From: Toensbergia leucococca
Taxonomy: Eukaryota
Direction of reading: 5' to 3'
Length of the DNA: 21,603 nt
NCBI GenBank assembly: GCA_022813965.1
Contig: JALDZS010000044.1
Location: forward strand, 124,001 to 145,603
The translations under genes and the position numbers were made by a program. This document shows, piece by piece, positions 1 through 9,820 of the stretch. Within the stretch, counting starts at the first letter, position 1. The number at the start of each line of letters is the position of its first letter. The notes beneath the pieces were generated by a model. The model saw only the letters and a list, made by a program, of their open reading frames with translations. It searched no databases and was not told the DNA's origin.

Positions 1-451
1 AGACTATCACTACTAGATGTAGATGCCATCGGATTCGCCCAATCCTCCCAGTGGAGCCAGATTCAATCCATTGCAACGGCTGGGTCTACCGTTGTTTGAT
101 GAAGAGAATTTTGTGGAACTATGCAACTCGTTCGATGACCATAAGTGCGGTACAGAGCTGGTCAAAAAGATTCGGAGCTCCTCTTTCGGCCTGACAAGCG
201 CCGTAAAGTCAGATATAAATGTGCTCTCAATCTGAAGCTCTGGACTGTAAACCCTCGGAATACGAATTGGATTACTGTAATGTGTGTGCCTGACTTAGGG
301 GAGGAATCCATCGTCCGCATTGTTGTTGGACGAATGTCGCCACGGTTGGTCGGATAAATCTGCCAGATGGCAAAGCCAACGGAAACAGCGGTGAAACGCT
401 ATCATCGAGCCTAAGTCTTTTTTTAGGCGCAAGTAAATGTACTTGGTATTG

Positions 452-2443
452 CTATGTGAGCGTATGGAGCTCGTACGGAGCCTGCACATCAGCTTTTCGA
501 ACAAACCTCCACCACCAATGTGACCGATAGATCAAATAACCGCACCCAAAGAATGCGAAGATAGCCACAATCTGCATCGGATGTGCTATAGCACTACGTG
601 CGACAACCAATATGCTCACGCTACAGAAGATGAGAGGGTTGAATATTGAGGTACTATAATGTGCCAAAGCTGTCTTTGGCATTCCGGGACTTGAAGAATG
701 GCGAAGTACTAGAACTCCAAGGACGGTCGCAAAGTAGATGATGTATTCCGCCATACCTGTTGTTACAATGTAATGGGAGGTTAGAAATAACCCTTCGATT
801 GAAATTGAGTAATTGCAACGGACCAGGAGCATCACACCTTTGAAATTCAGGAGACCTCGGAAGCTGCCAAGCAGCACGTACACGATACTCAGGCAAGCAT
901 TCACCAACATGGCATTCCTTGGGATGCTTAGCTAGAATCTTGCCATCCTGCAGAGTTGGTGGCTTTGAATGGGGCAATATCTTACCGAGGGATTCCTTGA
1001 TTCTTGGCAGGACTAGGGCTGGTAGGCCAGCTCGATCTGGTGGAGACGCCATCTTGAGGCCTGAGGCCTTGATTGTCTCTATCTTCATCTTTCGTGAGGT
1101 TTGCAGCCGCGTCAAAGAACGCAGGGATGTATTGTCGCGCACCGGCACACTGTGTCAAGCGTCCCATGGAAAAGACAGTTGCATTCAAAGCTCCGAGGCA
1201 CGATAGGCAAACAATCCCAGCATAAGAAATTGCGCCTGCTCGTCCAACGGTTGCCATACCAAAGGCCTGTGAACATTACCCTAGGTGTCAGTTCCGGTTC
1301 GCTAGCGGTTTGTCACGCAGACTCCAACTGACCAGTGCGATGGCGTTGGTGGTTTTCACCACCTCGAGCGGAAAAATGCTGTAGAATGCTATATTTGCCA
1401 GGATGAATAGGGAAATAACCACACTCATCGCATGGTGCAAAACCCGAGGTAGGTTGCGCGACGGGTCTTCCATCTCGCCCACCACAAAGCTGATCTGTTT
1501 TAGGTAAGTCTGGATCGAATCTCAATCGGAGAGTACTTACGCTTTCCCATCCTCCATAGGCGAACAAAGCTGCGAACAAGGCATCGGCGAGATCCCCCGT
1601 GCCCATCCAGGACAATGAAGATCCCTGCTCAGAGACTTGAAATTGGGTTGGAGATTCCATGGCCGGGCTAAGCTTTTCCGGCTCAGTGGCTGAACCACCT
1701 TGAATGACGCTGGTAATTTGGAAAGCAACGCCAATCACTGCTATGGAGCTTAGACCCAAGACCTTCACACCCATGAATACGTTGGCGGAGAGCACGCCAA
1801 GGTGGGTACCCATACAGTTTAAAGCAGTCGTAAATCCAATGCCTAAGAGGGCCGTGCTCTTCAAGACCCATGTAGAGATATCTGCTCCAGGGAGGACTGT
1901 TCTGTAAAGGTACTCGGCGAAGATGAGTGACACCATGGCCATCGAGCAAGGTTTGACCACAAAGATCCATATCCATGCAAACATGAAGCCGTAGACGTCT
2001 CCGTAGCAGTGGCGGAGGTATTCCTGGATTCCTCCATTTTCTGGTACAATGGTACCTAGCTCCATAAAAGAGGCCGCTCCAGTCCATACCAAGCCTCCAG
2101 CAGAAGCCCATATCAGAATACCAACGATGGACGACGGGACTCGAGATGCAACGACTGCTGGAGCGGAAAATATACCTGATCCAATCTGGAGTCCGAGGAC
2201 CAGGGCGAAGCAGTTGAAGTACGTTAGATGCCTTCGTACACTACGAGGCGCATGGGCGGCAGCGTCTTCTCGATCGAACCCAAACGCTCCGTCCAAGCTT
2301 GGAGACGGCGCAGAGTTTGATGGACGTAGTCCGAAGAGTGCATGGTTGGTGTTTGTTAGCCCATGCCACGATGATGGAGACTCGTTCTCTGAGACTCCCT
2401 CTGGATTCGCTATGGTGCTCAACGAAGATGCGGCGGATGCCAT
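452..2443 (-). CDS. APC-superfamily, L-type amino acid transporter (LAT/Mup1-like) permease, 5 exons
   Basis: Motifs GLQIGSGIFSAP, ELGTIVPENGGIQEYL, ALFAYGGWES|ISFVVGEMEDPSRNLP, SCLGALNATVF and many TM helices. Exons 2443-1541, 1494-1333, 1266-986, 917-838, 756-452; donors GTAAGT, GTCAGT, GTAAGA, GTGTGA; frame is kept across all junctions. Confidence 0.9.
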
Positions 2444-3090
2444 TATGGTCGGCAAAGCTGCGCGATACCTAGACTAATAGCCTGGACATTAGGTAGAACA
2501 TTGCCGTCTTCGCTGTCTAATTCTCACATGGTGGAAAAGAATATGTAAGACATAGATTCCAACATTTGACCATATCTGGCATCTAAAAACTCCGGATACT
2601 GCCACAGGCAACAGATGAGCTTCGTCGGAGCTTCGTCAGCGGCGATATATGAAAATCTACTTCGGTCTCCGCATTGAGTGCTCAATATCGTGACGGCAGT
2701 CATGTACGCTTTGTTTTTGCAAGTTCTTGTCTTTTGATCATCCTGTCAATCTAATTGTCGAGGGCCAATACAGTTGCAGACTTGCAGGGGTACGAGTAGA
2801 ATATGCATTTCATAAGAAAGGTAGCTTCACTAGAATATTCTGCGGACAATGGGCAACTTCTGCTTCAAAAGGAGTTTCTTCATATGATCTCTCTATTGGC
2901 CGACTCATTATTAGATCATCTAGCCCACACTCTAATCTTGTATTGTCTCTCTAGTCCTTCTTCCTTTTAGTACCGTTCTCACCAAGCGAGGTAACTCATA
3001 TCTGGAATGTACTTACCTGTAGAGTACGAGTATTCTACGATCATTCTAGAGTACTCCGTACCAATGACGTAATTAAACGGTATTAAATAA

Positions 3091-3096
3091 ACGCGT
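3091..3096. promoter_or_regulatory. MCB-like element (ACGCGT) upstream of MSH1
   Basis: Perfect ACGCGT about 65 bp before the ATG at 3159. A second TTCGCGT lies at 3118-3124 and a CRE-like TGACGTAA at 3065-3072. MCBs are typical of DNA replication/repair promoters in ascomycetes. Confidence 0.45.
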
Positions 3097-3158
3097 TCTT
3101 CGGGCTATGAATTTCAATTCGCGTGGGAGCAGATCCTGAGACCAAACTCAGGTCAATC

Positions 3159-6100
3159 ATGCGCGCAGGAGCTGGCCTGACGGCTACTCTACATCGCCCT
3201 TCCACGTTACAGCCATGTGTGTTGTGCAGTCTCCGTTGTCACAAGACGCGGCCACCGCCAATCCCAAAAGTGCTGTACAGAGGTGCCAAGTCAAGGACAA
3301 CGCTCCAGCTCACAGATCTCCCTCAAAATGTGATCAGAAGTGAAAAACTAGTCAAATTGAAGGAGAATGAAGGCCCAGTCTATCCCACGGTCTTGCGGCA
3401 GGTTAGAAGTAATATGCAGAAGTTTGAGAATTGTGTTATACTCACGAGAGTTGGGGGCTTCTACGAGGTGCGACTGATATGGCCTTTCATTCGTGCTCAC
3501 CTTGACAAGGACATAGCTCTACTTCGAGCACGCAGAAGAATATGGACCACTTCTCAACCTCAAAGTAGCCCAGAAGCCCACCCTAGCGGGTCCAGTGTCC
3601 ATGGTCAGTCTCCTCTTACTCGAGCCTGGATTCTCAAAGCTGATGGCTTTCTAGTCGGGCTTTCCCTTTTACCAACTTGACCGCTTTCTTAAGATTCTTG
3701 TCCAAGACCTTAACAAGTATGTAGGCATCAGCGAAGAGTTTGCAAACAATGCTTTAGCCAAAGTCAAATCTGGAGGCTTGCTGTTTGATCGTAAAGTGAC
3801 GAGGATTATCACTCCAGGAACATTGATTGATGAGAAGTTTATGGATCCCTATGAGAACAATTATCTGTTGGCTATTCAACCAAAAGGAACAACCTTGCAT
3901 TCATGTAGTGATGAGATACCGGCGGAGCTGATTAAAGATACCATGCATCCCGAGCTCGCGGCACAAAGTGTTGGCCTGGCATGGTTGGACCTCTCCACTG
4001 GCGATTTCTTCACACAGGCTTCAACTATGGGTGGATTACCTTCAGCTGTGGCGCGGATTGGAGCCCGGGAAATTGTGCTAAGCGATAGCAATGACAAGAG
4101 TCTCCAACAAAGTATCTTAAGTATTTTTGAAAATGAACGTCACCTTGTGACATATCAATCCCCTCCGCCTGAGGAGCTTCCCTTCACGGCCTGGACTCCT
4201 ATGCTAGACACTGCGGTACTAGTTGAGAAAGAAGATGTCTTCAGTGCCGGGGAAATCGCAGCTGGAAGTCTGCTTCTAAATTATGTCAAAGAGAAGCTTC
4301 AAGGCTTAGGAATCAAACTACAGCCTCCACGCCGGAGACAAGAAAGCGAAACCATGGGCATAGACAGAAGTAGTCTAAAAGGTCTAGAAATTCTAGAAAC
4401 GTCAAAAGACGGGCGTGGAGGTGGTAAAGGAAGCTTGCTACACACGGTCAGGCGAACGGTCACGCAGAGTGGTGCACGATTACTCAAGAATTGGATCGGT
4501 ACGCCTTTGCATCTCATTACATAGAACCCACCGTGTCTTTCATGTCTCACTAAACCTCACAAAATCCTTTTCCCTCGCCACGTACTGGACATGGTGACTA
4601 ACCTCTGGCAGCCTCGCCGTCCACGTCCCTCCAAACGGTAAACTCAAGGTTAGATCTTGTATCACATTTCTTTTATGACCTAGCTTTGAGAGAGCGAATT
4701 ACCAACTCACTGCGTCGAAGCTTTGATTCTCAACGACTTGCGCAGAAGTTCTCCATGGGCAGAGGGGATGGGGATGACCTGGTCAGCTTACTTCGAACGA
4801 TTGAGGCGACTAATGAGATCGTCGGCGTTTTAGGGAATCATGTCTCGTCATCAGGAACAGTCACAGGAGCGAAGAGTCATACGTTATTAACACAGGACTC
4901 CGTGCAAAGCTTGATCCTTCGAATGAGCTTCGATGCCCCGAATGCGCTGGCTTCACGTATCGCCATGGCTATCGACGAAGATGGAATGACACAAAACAAG
5001 CGGAACGAGGAAATCCATATCGAAGGCGTAACATCTATGGATCAGGATACTCTGCAAAACCAAGGATCGTCTGAAGATTTAGATGCCATTTCACATGTCA
5101 CTGGGTCGAAAGGCGTTGCTAAGTCTACAGCAGAACACGATGTCGCGGATGATGATACCTGGGTTATGCGGAAGAAGTAAGATTTTCTCTGATGCTGAGT
5201 GACTTCGCTTCTTAATTTGGTGTTTGCAGTGCAAATTATATTCTTCAAAGACTACATGGCGATCTTGATCATCTACGCCAAAAAAAGATACGTTTGACTA
5301 CAGATCTACGAGAAAAGCTGCGTATGTTTCTTCCTCAGCTCTTACCATTTTAGATGTGACTCAACTATCCAGGCACCCAAAGCCTGACTCTACGCTGGTC
5401 ACCTAGTTCAGGCCATGTCTGTCACGTTAAAGGGGTGAAAGACGTCCGTACCTCGTTCCAAACATCCGCCAGTGCTCAAGATATCAAATCAACCAAGTCG
5501 ACCCGTTCTTTCTACCAAAGCGAATGGTCTAGACTTGGAGGAGAAATAGATCAGGCGAAATCGCAGATCAGGGCCGAAGAACAACGATTATTCCAGGACC
5601 TCCGTGAGCAAGTTGTCTTGAATCTAGTAGATTTAAGACGCAACGCTGCAGTACTTGATGAGCTTGACATCGCTTGCTCGTTTGCAGTCCTCGCTGAGGA
5701 GCAGGGCTTCGTTCGGCCTGTGATGAACCTTGGCACAAATCATAAGATCATTGGTGGAAGACATCCCACGGTGAAATTAGGTCTCGAGGAGCAAGGAAGA
5801 ACTTTTGTCAGCAATGACTGTTTCATTGGAGGCGAAGAACGAATTTGGCTAATCACAGGTCCTAATATGGCTGGGAAAAGCACTTTCCTGCGCCAGAACG
5901 CATTGATCACTGTACTTGCTCAGGTTGGCTCATTCGTCCCGGCGGAGCATGCAGAAATTGGGATTGTCGATCAAATCTTCAGCAGAGTTGGCTCTGCAGA
6001 TAATCTTTTTCGAGATCAATCTACCTTTATGGTCGAGATGCTTGAAACAGCAGCGATACTCAAGCTAGCAACCGCGCGCTCTTTCGTCATTATGGACGAG

Positions 6101-6517
6101 GTCGGACGAGGCACCACACCAGAAGACGGTATTGCTGTAAGCTTTGGTTGCCTGCATCATTTATACTACACCAATCGTTGCCGAACGCTATTCGCAACAC
6201 ATTTCCATGCCCTGGCCGACATGACACAAAGTTTCAGGAATCTAGGCTGTTACTGCACTGACGTGGCCGAAGGTCATTCAGACTCATTTTCATATGTACA
6301 TCGACTTCGGCGGGGAGTCAATCGGAACTCCCACGCATTGAAGGTGGCTCGTCTTGCCGGTAAGATCTCCAAGCTGAATCTGCTAAACTTAATTGCTCAG
6401 TTCTCAACAGGTATTCCAGAATTGGCCATCAGCACTGCACAGGAGGTCTTGGATACCTTCGGTTCCAAGGCGGGCGAATCTACCCAAGACTCTGCAATGC
6501 AAGCAGCGACCGCTTGA
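3159..6517 (+). CDS. MSH1: DNA mismatch repair MutS homologue 1, mitochondrial, 7 exons
   Basis: Basic N-terminal presequence; MutS domain I LTRVGGFYE|LYFE and GFPFYQLDRFLK, RKVTRIITPGTL; ATPase motifs TGPNMAGKSTFLRQ, DQSTFMVEMLETA, IMDEVGRGT, LFATHF. Exons 3159-3467, 3517-3603, 3655-4498, 4612-5176, 5230-5321, 5373-6359, 6411-6517. Confidence 0.95.
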
Positions 6518-7319
6518 CGTATCGCTTACAGTATCCTATACAGTTTGAGCAATCATACGCAGTATCAGAATACCTTTAGAAACATGGCAAACCTCCTGGA
6601 CTAAAGACGGAGAGCTTTGCACTCATAGACGACAGTGCTGGTGCTGCGTTCCAGAGGTCAATCTGGATTGACGTACTAAAAGCTGATTTGTGTCTTAGGT
6701 CACAGGGTGAACCTGCAACTTGTGGCCCGCGAACATTAAAAGGGGCTGTTGCTAAGATCGTGAATGCCATGAGGTAGGCAATAGTGATACCGGCGCGAGC
6801 AAGGAGTGAAATTATTTGAATCATTCTAGATATTCAGTCTCGCCTGGAGTCATACTCTTCCTTTCAATACCTCGACTTTTATGTATGCTGTATTTGTACT
6901 CAAGCAAGGTACGGACATGATGATTTCAATTTCCCAAACTCCATTACAATTGGTAGTAACAAAATATACCCGTTCGATCAGCTACCTGCTCTACGTACTA
7001 TCAACAAGCTGTGTTCTCACGCTTCGCTGATTATTAGCTTACTCAACCTGGCTTCCTTGGCAGCACTACCATCCTCTTTTGATCCTGCGACAGTCACCCT
7101 TGCCTTTCAGCTCGACGAATTCATAAGAACCAACCACGCTCACGCTATCTCTATTTCGAAACCGCACGAGAGGTTATTCTGTACATTCTGAGCACCGAAA
7201 ATCGAGAGGCAACACCTCCAGTACCTTCCTCTAGTAGTCCTAGAGATATACGTTCCCAAGCTTGATCGAATTCGGTGAACCCAGAATTTCCAGCTGAGTG
7301 AATTATTGATCGACCAAGT

Positions 7320-8408
7320 ATGACTGCGGCATTCAAGACTTTTGAGAAAGCTACTCAAATAAATACAATCACGTCAATTGTCCCTTTCAGTCCACCTATC
7401 CCACTGCATCCGATCACATCAACCGATTTCTCCATTCGGCCATCAAGCAGCACTTCGAAATCCCATCGTCCATTTAGTCCATCAAATCCTACTCCGCCTG
7501 CGCAAGAAAATCCACCATCAGCTAACAACTCCCTTGTAGGCACCCAGGCGGAGGAGGCCATCTATGATAAGTCGATTAGACTCAAGCAATTAAGGAAGCA
7601 AGAAACAAAATCAGCAGCGTCCGTCTCTAATAAGTTCGTTAGTCCCACCATATCAAAGAAGCAAGAGAAAAAGCCAATAGCTTCAATCCACAATGACGTT
7701 ACTGGCCCCAAGCAATCAAGGAAGCAAATGACAAAATCGACAGCATCCATCTCTGATTTCAGCATGGAGTCAGCCATAAACAGGATGTTTCAGGATGTTG
7801 CACTCGCAGCTGATGTCTTCACTCAATATCAAGCAGCTCGGCAAGAAACTCCTGTTCAACCTGAGTCTACAGAATTTGTGGTACCTGCCGAACCAGCCGA
7901 GCAATGGCGAGCGGAGGATCTTGGATTCCTCGATCCTGCCATCCCAGCGTCCTATGGTCCTGGGGACATGGTATGGGACGGAAACGTTCTGTACTACCGT
8001 AATGTACATCTATTCGTTGAGAGGATCAGATATCACACTACCATGAAGGGTGAGAAGCTTTTCAGAACCAATTTGAATACCTGCTTGCGAGGAAAGGGAC
8101 TTGAATGGTATTCTTCGTCATTATCAGCATTGGAACGTAGAGCCTTACAACAACTTCGAATTGACAATTGGTATATTAAATTGACTGATCACTGGAGGCT
8201 AAAGCATTCTCTGTCCAAGAAGAGATTTTCGATTAATGGTTGGCCCTACGTGCTGGTCAACACCATGGGTGGTGTTCTTTTTTTCTTATATGGCAGGAAA
8301 TTTCTGTTATCTACTCCGTGGTATGGAGCATCCGTTGAAAGTGGGGTGCCTCGCTCTTCTATGGCGTACAGCGGGAGGTCGAAAAGTCCGCAATTGATTT
8401 GCAGATGA
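7320..8408 (+). CDS. Hypothetical protein: low-complexity N-terminus, 21-aa repeats, and a segment resembling fungal LTR-retrotransposon gag-like proteins
   Basis: Open 362-codon frame. The segment WRAEDLGFLDP...GDMVWDGNVLYYRNVHLFVERI...KGEKLFRTNLNTCLRGKGLEWYSSSLS (about 7905-8195) matches my recollection of gag-like regions of Pezizomycotina retroelements. No pol domains follow and the true 3' end is uncertain. Confidence 0.55.
   Translation: MTAAFKTFEKATQINTITSIVPFSPPIPLHPITSTDFSIRPSSSTSKSHRPFSPSNPTPPAQENPPSANNSLVGTQAEEAIYDKSIRLKQLRKQETKSAASVSNKFVSPTISKKQEKKPIASIHNDVTGPKQSRKQMTKSTASISDFSMESAINRMFQDVALAADVFTQYQAARQETPVQPESTEFVVPAEPAEQWRAEDLGFLDPAIPASYGPGDMVWDGNVLYYRNVHLFVERIRYHTTMKGEKLFRTNLNTCLRGKGLEWYSSSLSALERRALQQLRIDNWYIKLTDHWRLKHSLSKKRFSINGWPYVLVNTMGGVLFFLYGRKFLLSTPWYGASVESGVPRSSMAYSGRSKSPQLICR
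7583..7758 (+). repeat. Three diverged tandem 63-bp (21-aa) coding repeats
   Basis: Units start at 7583 (caagcaattaaggaagcaagaaacaaaatc), 7646 (caccatatcaaagaagcaagagaaaaagcc) and 7709 (caagcaatcaaggaagcaaatgacaaaatc). Peptides: KQLRKQETKSAASVS, TISKKQEKKPIASIH, KQSRKQMTKSTASIS. Confidence 0.85.
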
Positions 8409-9325
8409 GGCGTCCGCAAGCTGACCTTTGAACCTGTCTCTCTTGTGTGTTGAACTTACCACTTCTCCAATATCACGACTGCTAGCCCGTCCTCGCGGAT
8501 TCAATATCCAATCATATCCAGACGAAAGCGGGGAGGGGAAGAGAAACCACTCGAACAAAGCACGAACCGAATTCAAGAGCCCACTTCTCTCCAGACTCCC
8601 AATTCCATATTCAAACCCGCAAAAGGGAAAAACATGATATTGCGATCAATCACACCCGAACGAAATCACGACCCCAACTTCAACAGTAAAGCCCTAATTT
8701 CGCTTAGCACAACACCCCATAAAATCGATTGCCCCTATATGAAATCTCCACCCCCACCAACATCACCCGCACCACGCCATTCCCAACACCATAAATCGCA
8801 GTGGAGAGTAAACAGACCACACCTACCCCCAAAAACCAGAGAGGACCTTTGAATACTTCTCAGGAAAAAAAAACACCATTTTCAGCAACCCCCCCCAGCT
8901 CCCCCCTATGTCGCAACCCAGGCGCAAACGCCTCATCCCCAATCCCCACCACCACCACAACGCCCCAAATACCCCCCTCAAAAGCCACAACGCCCACCTC
9001 CCCCACGCCCCCGCCGCCCTGCGCCCCTAACAATCCTTCGTCACTCTGGTGCCATGCCATCGGCGTTACCTTTCTCCGACACGCCGTATTAGTGGGGGGG
9101 ATCAGAGAAAACCGGAAGGAAAGGAATGAAGAGTGCGGCCTTTTTTTTTCTGGTTGAGGGTGGGAAGGACGGAGGGCGTTTGTCCATGGATGTTTTGGTT
9201 GTAGCGTTTCGGTGGCTGAGGGGGGGTTTTTTTGGGGGGGAGGAGTTTCATTGGCCTGGGATGGATTTTTTCTCTCTGATAGATTTACTCTTTTTTTTGT
9301 TTTCGTGAAAGGGAGGGGAGGAGGG

Positions 9326-9328
<3 letters not shown>

Positions 9329-9386
<58 letters not shown>
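9329..9386 (+). repeat. Poly(G) homopolymer, about 58 nt, in a purine-rich tract
   Basis: Directly visible; flanked by GGA/GGGA-rich sequence from 9311 to 9470. Confidence 0.9.
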
Positions 9387-9387
<1 letters not shown>

Positions 9388-9820
9388 TGGATGAGGTTGA
9401 GAGGTGGGTTTTGGGGGAGCTGGAGAGGAGGGAGCGGGTGGAGGAGGAGGAGGGGGGGGGTGAACAGGGGGGATATGGAAAGGGAATGGGAATAGTGTTT
9501 GATCGAAAAGTAGATCTTACAGGGAGAAGACGAAGAAAGGGATGCGGAAAAGGAAAAGGGAGATTGTTTGGGAATGAACTAGTGGATACCCCGCCGTGTC
9601 ACACAATTTCCATGCTCGTTTCTAGTTGTGGGTCATGAGTTTCCGTTGTGTTGTGGTGCAGGCTTTTGTCTGTTCCGTTGCCCACGACTGGAAATGGCCT
9701 GGGACACTGGTTGGTACTGCGAATGGATTCAGGGGATGGGAATCAATGATTAGTAGGGTGAGGAAATTGTTGCTGCTACAAAGAAGCCGGGTTCGTTATT
9801 GTTATCTAGGTGGTAACTCC

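Noticed and set aside
1..360. Short + strand ORFs at the window start, possibly the 3' end of a neighbouring gene
   Set aside because: No recognisable motif and no unambiguous exon structure within the window.
2617..2686. Tandem GAGCTTCGTC repeat and palindrome ATTGAG-TG-CTCAAT upstream of the permease
   Set aside because: Short enough to arise by chance; no factor can be assigned.
3010..3018. TACTTACCT, resembling the U1 snRNA 5' end
   Set aside because: No U1 stem-loop I/II motifs or Sm site follow.
6576..6824. 82-aa minus-strand ORF
   Set aside because: No motif, splice support or recognisable family.
6918..7030. Box C ATGATGA and box D CTGA pair suggesting a C/D snoRNA
   Set aside because: The CTGA coincides with the likely branch point, box C is only 9 nt from the donor, and there is no terminal stem or convincing rRNA guide.
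8540..9600. Telomerase RNA, RNase P/MRP, U3, U14, snR30 or TPP riboswitch as the identity of the skewed locus
   Set aside because: Diagnostic motifs (TAACCCTAA template, P4 helix motifs, the respective conserved boxes) were not found by eye on either strand.
9212..9638. Poly-Gly and Glu/Gly-rich ORFs
   Set aside because: By-products of the poly(G) and purine-rich composition.
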